From Candidatus Latescibacterota bacterium (GTDB lineage Bacteria > Latescibacterota > UBA2968 > UBA8231), in contig CBDCSU010000006.1 of assembly GCA_965221775.1 (NCBI GenBank), forward strand, positions 704,001 through 768,000: DNA of 64,000 bases, in the 5' to 3' direction. The first letter of the stretch is position 1. Every line of letters begins with the position of its first letter. The position numbers were made by a program, and so were the translations under genes. Shown here one piece after another: positions 38,766-48,179 of the stretch. The notes beneath the pieces were generated by a model, which saw only the letters and a program-made list of their open reading frames with translations, ran no database searches and had not been told where the DNA came from.

Positions 38766-39610
38766 ACGCCGCCGAGGCCGAACGCCGCATCCGCCACGAC
38801 GGCTTCACCCTCCTGTCCGGCGTCATCCCCGAGGGTGAGATCGCCGCCATCCGAGACACCGTGGTCGAGGCCCAGCGCCGCCGCCGCGCCGAGTCGGAAG
38901 CCCTCCTCGCCTCCATCCGCGCCAAGGGCCACCGCGTCAGCGTCACCGGCGTCGACAGCCTGCGCGGGGTCATCAACGAGACCCCGCTCTTCGCCCCCTA
39001 CCTCGCCGACGAGCGCCTCCTCGACCTCTGCCGGGCCTTCTTCGGCGACCACGTCCGCATCACCACCACCGACTGCGTCATCAACCGCCCGGGCTGCGGC
39101 CGCGGCTTCTGGCACGCCGACTGGCCCTACAACCAGACCAACGCCAGCCACATCCCGGCGCCCTACCCCGACGCCCTGCTGCACCTGTCGACGATCTGGA
39201 TGCTCACCGACTTCACGGCCGAAAACGGAGGCACGCTGCTGGTGCCCGGCAGCCACCGCTTCGGGACCAACCCCTCCGGGGGAACGCTGGACGGCGTCGA
39301 CCCCGACGCCCCGTACCCCACCGAGACCCACGCCGTGGGGACCGCCGGCAGCGTCCTGGCCTACGACAGCCGACTGTGGCACGCCGTGCCGCCGAACCGC
39401 TCCGACGAGGCGCGCGTGGCCCTGGTCGTGCGCTACGGCCCGTGGTGGCTCAACCTCGAGCCGACGCGGGAAGGGTCGGCCGAGCACACCGCCATGGTGG
39501 TGGAGACGAACGGCAAGAACTACGCCTCGCCCGAGATCCGGCCCGAGGTCTGGGCGGATCTGCCCGAGACGGTGAAGCCCCTCTACCGGCACTGGGTGGC
39601 GGCGGACTGA
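38762..39610 (+). CDS. PhyH family dioxygenase
   Basis: DGFTLLSGVI, WHADWP, LTDFTAENGGTLLVPGSH, LWHAVPPNRS. Confidence 0.9.
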   Translation: MNAAEAERRIRHDGFTLLSGVIPEGEIAAIRDTVVEAQRRRRAESEALLASIRAKGHRVSVTGVDSLRGVINETPLFAPYLADERLLDLCRAFFGDHVRITTTDCVINRPGCGRGFWHADWPYNQTNASHIPAPYPDALLHLSTIWMLTDFTAENGGTLLVPGSHRFGTNPSGGTLDGVDPDAPYPTETHAVGTAGSVLAYDSRLWHAVPPNRSDEARVALVVRYGPWWLNLEPTREGSAEHTAMVVETNGKNYASPEIRPEVWADLPETVKPLYRHWVAAD

Positions 39611-39671
39611 CCTTGGCGCCTCCGTCGGCGCCGCCTATCCTGTTTTCCCGTTCCGCCCCTCCTTCGCAAGG

Positions 39672-41132
39672 ATGCCGCCTACCGTGAACGAGCGCCCCAA
39701 CATCCTCCTGGTGATGACCGACCAGCAGCGCGGCGACTGCGTGGCCGCCGACCCCGTGGCCCCGGCGCCGCTGCAGACGCCCAACCTCGACGCCCTCGCC
39801 CGCTCCGGCGCCCACTTCCTGCACGCCTACGCCGAGAGCCCGAGTTGCATCCCGGCGCGCCGCAGCCTCATGTCGGGCACGGCGCCGGCGGCCAACGGCG
39901 CCGTCGGCTTCCGCGGCGGCGTCGAGTGGAACCCGCCGGCCACCCTGGCCGGGGAGCTGTCCCGCGCCGGCTACCAGACCGAGATGATCGGCAAGCTGCA
40001 CCTGCACCCCGACCGCCGGCGCTACGGCTTCGACCACATGCAGCTGGCCAACTCCACGCGGGGCGGCGACAACGAGTACGTGCAGTGGCTGCGCCACATC
40101 CACGGCCGCCGCGAGGTCGACCCGGCCATGGCCCACGGCGTGTCGTCCAACGGCTGGGTGGGTCGCCCCCACCACCTGCCCGAGGAGCAGATGCACACCT
40201 TCTGGGTCATCGACCGGGCCATGGAGTTCCTGCAGCGCCGCGACCCGAGCTGCCCCTTCTTCCTCAACCTCTCCTTCATCGATCCCCATCCGCCCCTGAC
40301 GCCGCCGCGGTTCTACTACGACCGCTACATCGACCGCGACCTGCCGCCCCCCGACATGGGCAACTGGGCCGACGACCTCGGCGGACCCCAACGCGGGCTG
40401 AGCACCGACGCCTCGCGCATCCACCTCGACGACGACCAGATACGCTGCGCCCGCGCCGCCTACTACGGCATGATCAACTTCATCGACGACCAGCTCGGCC
40501 GACTCTTCCAGCACTCGGGCGGCGTGCTGCGCGACACCCTCGTGATCTTCACCTCCGACCACGGCGAGATGCTCGGCGACCACCACCTCTTCCGGAAGAC
40601 CTGGCCCTACGAGTCCTCGGCGCGCATCCCCTTCCTGCTGCGGGCGCCGGCCAGCTGGAAGCTGGAGGGCGGCTTGCAGCCCACGGCGCCGGTGGGCCTG
40701 CAGGACGTCATGCCCACGCTGCTCGACGCCGCGGGGGTGCAGGTGCCGGAGTCGTGCACCGGCCGCAGCCTGCTGCCCGTGCTGCGCGGGGAGACCGACG
40801 GCGTGCGCGAGGTCCTCCACGGCGAGCACTCCGGCTGCTACGCCTACGAGGAGGGCAACCACTTCCTGGTGGACGGGAACCACAAGTACATCTGGTATTC
40901 CCAGACCGGGCGCGAGCACCTCTTCGACCTCGACGCCGACCCCCGGGAACTGCACGACCTCGCTTTGGACGCAGACGCGGAGGCGAGACTGGCCCCGTGG
41001 CGGGAGCGGCTGGTGGAGGTGCTGCGGGGGCGGCCGGAGGGGTGTGTGGAAGGGGACCGGCTGGTGGCGGGTCAGCGGCATGATACGCTGCTGCCGGGGT
41101 ATGACCCGGACAAGAGCTGGCCGTTTCTGTGA
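39672..41132 (+). CDS. Sulfatase (arylsulfatase-like, Cys-type formylglycine)
   Basis: PNILLVMTDQQR, SCIPARRSLMSG (CxPxR), GKLHL, DPHPP, SDHGEMLGDH. Confidence 0.95.
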   Translation: MPPTVNERPNILLVMTDQQRGDCVAADPVAPAPLQTPNLDALARSGAHFLHAYAESPSCIPARRSLMSGTAPAANGAVGFRGGVEWNPPATLAGELSRAGYQTEMIGKLHLHPDRRRYGFDHMQLANSTRGGDNEYVQWLRHIHGRREVDPAMAHGVSSNGWVGRPHHLPEEQMHTFWVIDRAMEFLQRRDPSCPFFLNLSFIDPHPPLTPPRFYYDRYIDRDLPPPDMGNWADDLGGPQRGLSTDASRIHLDDDQIRCARAAYYGMINFIDDQLGRLFQHSGGVLRDTLVIFTSDHGEMLGDHHLFRKTWPYESSARIPFLLRAPASWKLEGGLQPTAPVGLQDVMPTLLDAAGVQVPESCTGRSLLPVLRGETDGVREVLHGEHSGCYAYEEGNHFLVDGNHKYIWYSQTGREHLFDLDADPRELHDLALDADAEARLAPWRERLVEVLRGRPEGCVEGDRLVAGQRHDTLLPGYDPDKSWPFL

Positions 41133-41154
41133 TGCCGCCGAAGGGACAGGACCG

Positions 41155-42342
41155 ATGATCACCGAACTCAAGATCGAAGGCTTCAAGAGTTTTGGGTCCC
41201 CGGAAGAGACGATCGAGTTGGGGCCGCTCAACTTCGTGGTAGGCGCCAACGCATCCGGAAAGACAAACCTGCTCTCCGCCCTGCGATTCCTTCAGAACGC
41301 TGTAATCCATGACGTGTCCTATGCCGTGAGCGAGATGGGCGGCAATGCCGAAGTCAGGAACAAGCGCCTTCGCCAGCGCAGTGAACCGAAACCGGTCCGG
41401 CTGTCGCTGAAACTCGAGACGGAGTTCCAAGTCTCCCTGCCGGAAGACTCGAGCCAGAAGAAGGACCTGGATGTCGTGCGATCCTTCGAGTACCAGCTGG
41501 TGCTCGACCTGAGGAGTGATGCGACTCCCAGCATCGAAGCAGAATCCCTGAAAGCAGAACTCGTGCAGAACGGCAAGAGGCATGCCATTGGCCTGCAGAG
41601 GTCTGGCACCATGCTTGTCGTCATGGATCCGACAACGGGGTATGCCAGGGAGAGGACGCTTGCCGTCCCCGAGCAGGAACCAACTCGACTCGCTCTCGTT
41701 GGAGTCGGGTTCCTCCCAAGGCCGCGAACCATCCTCCGGGAGGAGATCGACGGCTGGAGATTCCACAACTTCATTCCAAGTGTTGCCAGGCAACCATATC
41801 GAGAGGAACCCGACGCTACCCTTGGTCCAGCAGGAGAGAGGCTTGCCGCGATCCTGCACGGGATGAGCGAGGAGGACCGAGCTTCGATCTCCCGGGAGCT
41901 TACGGCGATCGTCCCCGGACTCAAGATTGAAGACACCCTGGCCTTTCAGATCGTGGAGGACAAGGTCAGGGCCTCCATCATTCCTGCCTCCGTCTCAGAC
42001 GGTACCGTCCGGTTGCTCGCCCTGCTCGTCGTCACTACCTGGAGCGTTCAGGACTCCTCCCTCATCGCGATCGAGGAGCCGGAGAACGGCGTCCATCCTC
42101 ACCTGGCGGAATACCTCGTGGAGATCCTGAGGTCCGCCTCCGAGCAGAGTCAGGTCATCGTAACGACGCACTCCCCCGCCCTGCTCGATCACCTGGAACC
42201 TCAGGAGGTCATCCTCTGTGACAAGAAGGATGGATTCACGAAACTCCAGAGTGCATCGAGCGTCGCCGACATCGACCAGTTTCGAAAGCACTTCAGCCTT
42301 GGCGAGCTGTGGTCACAAGGTGCGGTCGGGGCCGTCCCGTGA
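41155..42342 (+). CDS. AAA_21/AbiEii-type ABC ATPase (defence-associated)
   Basis: MITELKIEGFKSF, VGANASGKTN, SDGT, IEEPENGVHP, QVIVTTHSP; visibly lower GC than neighbours. Confidence 0.88.
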   Translation: MITELKIEGFKSFGSPEETIELGPLNFVVGANASGKTNLLSALRFLQNAVIHDVSYAVSEMGGNAEVRNKRLRQRSEPKPVRLSLKLETEFQVSLPEDSSQKKDLDVVRSFEYQLVLDLRSDATPSIEAESLKAELVQNGKRHAIGLQRSGTMLVVMDPTTGYARERTLAVPEQEPTRLALVGVGFLPRPRTILREEIDGWRFHNFIPSVARQPYREEPDATLGPAGERLAAILHGMSEEDRASISRELTAIVPGLKIEDTLAFQIVEDKVRASIIPASVSDGTVRLLALLVVTTWSVQDSSLIAIEEPENGVHPHLAEYLVEILRSASEQSQVIVTTHSPALLDHLEPQEVILCDKKDGFTKLQSASSVADIDQFRKHFSLGELWSQGAVGAVP

Positions 42343-42378
42343 AGATCGGCTGACAGCAAACTTGGCGAGCTGATCTCC

Positions 42379-43200
42379 ATGCCCTTCACCGACGCCCAGA
42401 TCGAGCACTACAAGACCCACGGCTACGTGGCCGGTCCGCGCGTGCTCTCCGACGAGCAGATCGAGGAGCTGAAGGAGCGCATCGAGGACATCCTCCACGG
42501 GCGCGTGCCCTTCCCCAAACACCTGATGGGCGAGACCGTGGAGCAGTCCCGGGCCAAGGGACAACTCCCCTCGGTGAAGGTGGTCAACATCTTCCGCCGC
42601 GACCCCCTTTTCGCCGCCCTCGTCGGCAACGCGGCCATCAGCGCCCTGGCGCATCAGCTAATGCCCGGACCGGTACGCATGTGGGAGGACCAGATGATCT
42701 ACAAGCCTCCCCACGACGAGGAGACGGCCCTCGCCTGGCACCAGGACTACACCTTCTGGGACCACGTGGGGCCGGCCGACCTGGGCACCTGCTGGATCGC
42801 CCTCGACGACGCCACCGTCGACAACGGCTGCATGCACGTCATCCCCGGCAGCCACCTGTGGCCCATGCGCTACGACCGCGAGGACGCCGTCGTCGACGAC
42901 CCCCACTGGCTGCTGCGCCAGGAGGGGATCCCCGCTGGCGCCGACCTCACCCCCGTGCCCTGCGAGGTCCCGGCCGGGCACTGCCACTTCCACCACTGCC
43001 AGACCTTCCACGGCTCCTACGGCAACAGCACCGCCAACCCCCGCCGCAGCTACATCATGCACCTCATGCCCGGCCACACCCGGCGCCTAGGTGACAACTG
43101 GAACGAGCGGATGGGGAACGTGGAGACGGTGGGGGTGGGGGAGGTGCTGCAGGGGGAGGAGTATCCGGAGTTGGTCTTTCGGCCAGACCCCAAGGGGTAG
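42379..43200 (+). CDS. PhyH family dioxygenase
   Basis: MIYKPP, AWHQDY, DDATVDNGCMHVIPGSH, TFHGSYGN. Confidence 0.92.
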   Translation: MPFTDAQIEHYKTHGYVAGPRVLSDEQIEELKERIEDILHGRVPFPKHLMGETVEQSRAKGQLPSVKVVNIFRRDPLFAALVGNAAISALAHQLMPGPVRMWEDQMIYKPPHDEETALAWHQDYTFWDHVGPADLGTCWIALDDATVDNGCMHVIPGSHLWPMRYDREDAVVDDPHWLLRQEGIPAGADLTPVPCEVPAGHCHFHHCQTFHGSYGNSTANPRRSYIMHLMPGHTRRLGDNWNERMGNVETVGVGEVLQGEEYPELVFRPDPKG

Positions 43201-43487
43201 AAGCCTTCGCCGGGTGAGTCCCCGTTCTCACCCACCTGGATCTCGGCAGTCTACCGAAGGAATCCGCACGTCGTCCGCACACAGGCGCCCTCGGGATGGA
43301 GTCGAACAGCCTCCGGGGCGTACGAACGCCCCGAGACCGACGGACTCGCAGGGTCCCTGGAGCACTCCAGGATTCCAGACGACGACTACGCCCATGGGCG
43401 CCCCGGCAGGGGTCGGTGCTTCCGTGTCCGTGAGAGAGGCGGCGCTCGGGATCTGAATTGTAGAGGTCGCTTTTCCAACTTCTGGCC

Positions 43488-43516
43488 TTGCTTTTTCATA
43501 TCGCATGTTCTAAATT
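43488..43516 (+). promoter_or_regulatory. Candidate sigma70 promoter of the CBASS operon
   Basis: TTGCTT-N17-TAAATT in an AT-rich stretch about 160 nt upstream of 43679. Confidence 0.4.
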
Positions 43517-43678
43517 CGCTCACGCCCTCTCCCCGGACCAAGGCATCCTCGGCAGCCAGAAGCAAATAGGGGCCCCAGCCGTGGGCAACAAAGTCCTCAC
43601 AGTGAGACCGAACGCCGGATATCTGTCTCCCCCCATGACCTCACCCTCCCCCTTGACTGACTCTAGGGAGATCTGCCC

Positions 43679-44914
43679 ATGCCGGTGAGCAAGGAGGTAT
43701 TGGCGGGACGACTCCGGGCTGCCCGTGAGGCCTGCCAGATGAAGCAGGAGGATGCGGCGAACCATCTCGGGGTGTCCCGATCCACAATTGTACAAATGGA
43801 GCTCGGCAACCGCGCCGTCACAAGCCTCGAGCTCGATGGACTCGCCTTCCTCTATGGACGCGACATCCGCGAGTTCGTCGCCGACGAGTTCCGCTCGGAA
43901 GATGTCCTATTGGCTCTCTTTCGCCGACATCCAGAGGTGTCCGAACACAGCGAACTGCAGGCAGTGCTCCAACAGGCTATGGCGCTTGGCAGAGAGATCA
44001 CGTCTCTAGAACGCCTCCTCGGGGTCGAGCGAGACCCTTCTGCGCTGCCTGTCTACCAGCACCAGCCGCCTCAGACCAAGTGGGAGGCGGTACAGCAAGG
44101 AGAACGAATCGCCGGAGAAGAGCGCCGCCGCATTGGTCTAGGCAACTCACCACTCCAGAACGTGGCGGAGGTGCTCGATGGCCAAGGCGTCCGCACGGCA
44201 CAGCTTGGCCTTCCTGAAGACGTTTCGGGACTCACGCTCTTTGACCTGGAAGCCGGCGCATTTGTCGTCGTCAACAACGCCCTGCCTAGCCACAGCCGCG
44301 TACGCCGGCGTTTCTCCTGCGCGCATGAGTACTGCCATGTGCTCCTCGACCGTGACCAGAAGGGAACCATCAGCCGGGCGAGTGAGCGCCACAGCCTCAT
44401 GGAAGTGCGTGCCAACGCCTTTGCCGCAGGTTTCTTGATGCCCAGGACCGGGATTGAGGAGTTCCTTGCCCGCATGGGCAAGGGATGGGTAATCCGCCAG
44501 GCGGAGGTGTACGACGAAGGAGAGCCTCAGCGGGTTCAGGTCCGTCCCGGAAGTCAAGCGATCCAGATGCACGACTTGGTGCTCCTGGCACACTATCTCG
44601 GGGTGAGCCGGATCGCCGCACTCTACCGCCTGAAGAACCTCCGATTTCTGACCGAGCCCGAACTGGAGAGGCTTAAGGAGCAGGAAGACACTGGGATGGG
44701 TAAGGCCCTCCAGGATCTCCTTGATCTTCCTGAGTTCGACGACGAGGATGCTCGCAACGAGTCTAGCCGTCGGTTCGTAGCCCTTGCCCTCGACGCTCTA
44801 CGCCGTGAAGAAATCACACGCGCTAAGTTCGAGGAACTGGCACGGATGGTGAATATCGCTACTGAGAGGCTTGACAACCTTCTCGCCCAAGTGGCTCCTC
44901 GGCATCACGAATGA
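43679..44914 (+). CDS. XRE HTH + ImmA/IrrE family Zn metallopeptidase
   Basis: RLRAAREACQMKQEDAANHLGVSRSTIVQMELGNR (HTH); RRRFSCAHEYCHVLL and EVRANAFAAGFLMP. Confidence 0.93.
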   Translation: MPVSKEVLAGRLRAAREACQMKQEDAANHLGVSRSTIVQMELGNRAVTSLELDGLAFLYGRDIREFVADEFRSEDVLLALFRRHPEVSEHSELQAVLQQAMALGREITSLERLLGVERDPSALPVYQHQPPQTKWEAVQQGERIAGEERRRIGLGNSPLQNVAEVLDGQGVRTAQLGLPEDVSGLTLFDLEAGAFVVVNNALPSHSRVRRRFSCAHEYCHVLLDRDQKGTISRASERHSLMEVRANAFAAGFLMPRTGIEEFLARMGKGWVIRQAEVYDEGEPQRVQVRPGSQAIQMHDLVLLAHYLGVSRIAALYRLKNLRFLTEPELERLKEQEDTGMGKALQDLLDLPEFDDEDARNESSRRFVALALDALRREEITRAKFEELARMVNIATERLDNLLAQVAPRHHE

Positions 44915-45432
44915 CGAATGCCATGACCTCTACCCCGCCCAGTGAGGATCCTGGGATCCACAAGAGGACCACTGTGATTCTCGACCCCGCTCTAGCCCTC
45001 CATCTGGCCGATGCCGGACAACTCAGCCAACTCGGCTCGATAGCAGGTTGGGAATTTGCAGTGCCATCTCAGTTGGTCCAAGAGATGGGGAACAAAGTTG
45101 GCGCCAGCGCGATTGAGGCCGCGGTCCAAGCCGGCGACCTGCGTAGTGAGTTGAGCACCGAGGTCCGAGAACTCGGCTTCTATGCGGAATTCAGACAACG
45201 CATGGGGCAGGCTGAGGCCACTTGCCTAGCGATGGCCCAAGCTCGAGGGTGGAGTCTTGCTTCCGGCGACCATGGTCAGGCCTTTCGTCGAATTGTCCAG
45301 GATCAGCTTGGCTCTGACCGGCTTATTGATGGCAAGACCATCAGAGATCTCGCGTGTCGGTCAAGAATCGCCACTGGCACGGAGCTTCAAGTCCAACAGA
45401 ACGCTGAGAAGAGGGTGGGATCGCAACCGTGA
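44911..45432 (+). CDS. PIN-like domain protein (DUF3368-like), degenerate active site
   Basis: TVILD.., MGQAEATCLAMAQARGWSLASGD (compare LGxGEAxxxALA..xxxDD); ATGA overlap. Confidence 0.65.
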   Translation: MTNAMTSTPPSEDPGIHKRTTVILDPALALHLADAGQLSQLGSIAGWEFAVPSQLVQEMGNKVGASAIEAAVQAGDLRSELSTEVRELGFYAEFRQRMGQAEATCLAMAQARGWSLASGDHGQAFRRIVQDQLGSDRLIDGKTIRDLACRSRIATGTELQVQQNAEKRVGSQP

Positions 45433-46610
45433 GTCCAAGAAGGGAGCTGAAGCAAGTCGGCGCACTCTTCAAACCATGGGGGCGAGAAGTCCCCACGAAG
45501 ACCCGTGTGTTCCTGTTTGTACGTGCTGCAGGGAGGTGCCAATTCGATGGCTGCAATCGCTACCTCCTCGAACACCATCTCACGCACGCCGATGGCATCT
45601 TCGCTCAGATGGCGCACATCTGCGCGTTCAGCAAGCGAGGTCCGCGCGGTCGGCAAGGTGGGCAGGCCGTACATGACGTCTCGAACCTCATACTCCTGTG
45701 CGCGGAATGTCATAAGTTGGTGGACGATCACCCGGAGGAATACACGACAGACGTGCTCAGGAAGCACAAACTAGCTCACGAGAACCGGGTCTTCATGCTC
45801 ACCGGCACCCAGCCTGATCGCCACACAGTTGCGCTCGTCCTGTTGGCCCGAATTGCTGGGAGAACGGTGTCTGTCTCCCTACCTGAGATGCAACAGGCTG
45901 TTGCTCCTCGCTACATCGGGGCCCAGGATGTGATTACGGTCGATCTCACCGCGATTCCGGACCATCCCTCGTCGGAATACTGGAAGTCGACAGCTAGCGC
46001 CATCCAAGCCAAAGTCCAGCTCCTGTACGAACAGACCTTCGAGCGCGGTCCCATCCGCCATCTGTCTGTCTTCGCCTTGGGTGCCATCCCGCTTCTCGTG
46101 CATCTCGGAGCCTGCCTCAGCGACAAAGTACCCCTTACTCTCTATCAGCGGCATCGAGATGCCGATGACTGGAAGTGGAAGGAAGTGGGCGAGACCGTGA
46201 GTTACGAATTCAGGACCCTTCAGCGGGGGTCCTGCTCCACCTCGGTGGCCCTCTTGCTCTCCCTTAGCGGCCGGATCCAGCCTGATGATTTGCCAGCAGT
46301 GATCGACGCCAGCTTCACTACCTACGAGATCACGCTTGCCAGCGTTGAGCCGACGCCCAACTTCCTAGACCTTGAGGCATCCCTTCAAGCATTTCAGGAG
46401 GTCTTCATGAGCAGCGTGCGCCACTTGGTGGCATGCCATCCAGAACTTCAAACAATCCACTTGTTTCCCGCCGTTCCTGCGCCAGTAGCAATCTCAGTCG
46501 GTCGTGATCTCATGCCCAAACGAGACCCTGGGGTGCTCGTCTACGACTACGATAGGCGTGTAGGCGGCTTCACACCAACCTTGGAGGTTAACTACCATGG
46601 AAGCGAATGA
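45429..46610 (+). CDS. cap5: CBASS effector, HNH nuclease-SAVED (Cap5-like)
   Basis: AAGRCQFDGC..AHICAFSKRGPRG..NLILLCAECHKLVD (HNH/Zn); SAVED motifs LSVFALGAIPLLVHLG, LYQRHR, IHLFPAVPAPVAISVGR. Confidence 0.9.
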   Translation: MSPRRELKQVGALFKPWGREVPTKTRVFLFVRAAGRCQFDGCNRYLLEHHLTHADGIFAQMAHICAFSKRGPRGRQGGQAVHDVSNLILLCAECHKLVDDHPEEYTTDVLRKHKLAHENRVFMLTGTQPDRHTVALVLLARIAGRTVSVSLPEMQQAVAPRYIGAQDVITVDLTAIPDHPSSEYWKSTASAIQAKVQLLYEQTFERGPIRHLSVFALGAIPLLVHLGACLSDKVPLTLYQRHRDADDWKWKEVGETVSYEFRTLQRGSCSTSVALLLSLSGRIQPDDLPAVIDASFTTYEITLASVEPTPNFLDLEASLQAFQEVFMSSVRHLVACHPELQTIHLFPAVPAPVAISVGRDLMPKRDPGVLVYDYDRRVGGFTPTLEVNYHGSE

Positions 46611-47511
46611 CTACCTCGAAGCGATCCTGGCCCTACAAACTCTGAAAGAGGGTGGTCCAGAACTCGCCGATCTCAGAAAATGCCGCAAGGATATCGAGGC
46701 TACTCTGCGAGGTCACTTCTCAAGGCCTACTCCCTCGATCCGCTGGGGAGGGTCCGTGGCCAAGCGCACGATAATAAGGGATGCCTATGACGGGGATATG
46801 ACCTGCTACTTCCCGCATGAGGTCGAGTCCGGTAGCACTCTGGAGGAGATATACGACGACGTCGACCAGGCCCTCCGCGAGGAATACGAAGTCGAACGGA
46901 AAGGTTCTGCCCTGCGGGTCAAGGACCCTTCTATGAAGGAGGCCACCGGCTTCGCTCAAGACCTTCATATCGATGTGGTGCCCGGACGATTCACGAGCGA
47001 GGAGGAGGACGATGTCTTCCTACACCGCACCACTGGAGACAAGCAGAGACTGAAGACCAACCTGCAAGTTCATATCGATCACATCAAGGATAGCGGCGTC
47101 ACATCCGCAATTCGCTTGATGAAGCTCTGGAACGTCCGCAATCAAGTCGCCGCCAAGACCTTTGTCCTAGAGCTTCTCGTGGTCAAGCTGCTGAAGCAGA
47201 AGAGGGTCGAAGACCTTGCGACCCAGCTTCGACATGTTTGGACGGAGTTCCGCGACAGAGCCGACGATCTCGCTGTGGAGGACCCCGCTAACCCGACCGG
47301 CAACGACTTGACGCCGGTCTTGGACGAAGTGCGCCAGCGGCTGTCGAGCGTAGCGGAAACGACGCTCTACCTTCTTGAGAGTGCTGGGTGGGAGTCAGTC
47401 TATGGGCCCATAGATGACGACGATGAAGACGCCGAAGGGCGCAAGTCGGCGCTCAAGGCTGCGGCCTTGAATGTCAGGAGTCCCACGAAGCCCTGGCTGC
47501 CTGATGCATGA
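46597..47511 (+). CDS. CBASS cGAS/DncV-like nucleotidyltransferase (CD-NTase)
   Basis: GGSVAKRT..YDGD (GS..DxD), third Asp in HIDVVPGR, IRLMKLW, FVLELL, EDPANP; adjacent to a SAVED effector. Confidence 0.9.
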   Translation: MEANDYLEAILALQTLKEGGPELADLRKCRKDIEATLRGHFSRPTPSIRWGGSVAKRTIIRDAYDGDMTCYFPHEVESGSTLEEIYDDVDQALREEYEVERKGSALRVKDPSMKEATGFAQDLHIDVVPGRFTSEEEDDVFLHRTTGDKQRLKTNLQVHIDHIKDSGVTSAIRLMKLWNVRNQVAAKTFVLELLVVKLLKQKRVEDLATQLRHVWTEFRDRADDLAVEDPANPTGNDLTPVLDEVRQRLSSVAETTLYLLESAGWESVYGPIDDDDEDAEGRKSALKAAALNVRSPTKPWLPDA

Positions 47512-48179
47512 CTGCATGGCATCAGCGAAACCCAGAGATGGTCGAGGAAATCCGGGCTGGCCTTCGTAGAGGCTACCCGAACCTTCACCTCTTTCTCGAG
47601 CCTGACCACAGCAGCGAGGTCCGAGGTACGTACCCCGTACTCTCACCTGTTGGCCGCGTACTAGATCGCTACCAAGTGTCAATCCAGTTACCAGTAGGCT
47701 TTCCGAGGAGCCTGCCCGTAGTCCGTGAGACCGGAGGCAGAATCCCATGGAAACCCGACTATCACGTCAACGCTAACGGCACAGCGTGTGTACTACTTCC
47801 AGATGACCGCTGGCGGTGCTTCCCAGAGACCGCACCATTCGTCCAATTTCTCGATGGACCCGTGCACGACTACTTCCTCGGGCAGAGTCTGGTCGCTGTG
47901 GGGGAGGACTGGCCCTTCGGCCAATGGAGTCATGGGCGAAAGGGCATAGCTGAGTACTACAGATGGTTGTTTGACGCAGACGATCCTTCCACAGTCGTGG
48001 GATTCCTAAAGATTCTTGCGAAGCTCAACTTGAAGCAGCACTTGCCTTGCCCTTGCGGAAGCGGCCAGAAGATCCGCAAGTGCTGCCGGGCACGCATTGG
48101 TGATCTCCGCAGTAAGATCCACCCCACCGTTGCACGTAAGGCGTTGCGGAACCTCCAGTCGAGTCCCTCTATCAACTGA
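47508..48179 (+). CDS. Prokaryotic E2 (UBC-like) protein with C-terminal SEC-C Zn motif
   Basis: YQVSIQLPVGFPRSLPVV..YHVNANGTACVLL (E2 HPN-like motif plus Cys); CPCGSGQKIRKCC; ATGA overlap. Confidence 0.8.
   Translation: MTAWHQRNPEMVEEIRAGLRRGYPNLHLFLEPDHSSEVRGTYPVLSPVGRVLDRYQVSIQLPVGFPRSLPVVRETGGRIPWKPDYHVNANGTACVLLPDDRWRCFPETAPFVQFLDGPVHDYFLGQSLVAVGEDWPFGQWSHGRKGIAEYYRWLFDADDPSTVVGFLKILAKLNLKQHLPCPCGSGQKIRKCCRARIGDLRSKIHPTVARKALRNLQSSPSIN

Noticed and set aside
41604-41618. sigma54-like TGGCACCATGCTTGT
   Set aside because: Lacks the conserved -12 GC and lies inside a CDS.
43228-43506. 92-aa minus-strand ORF as a divergent CapH-like regulator
   Set aside because: No HTH pattern or RBS, and low-complexity composition.
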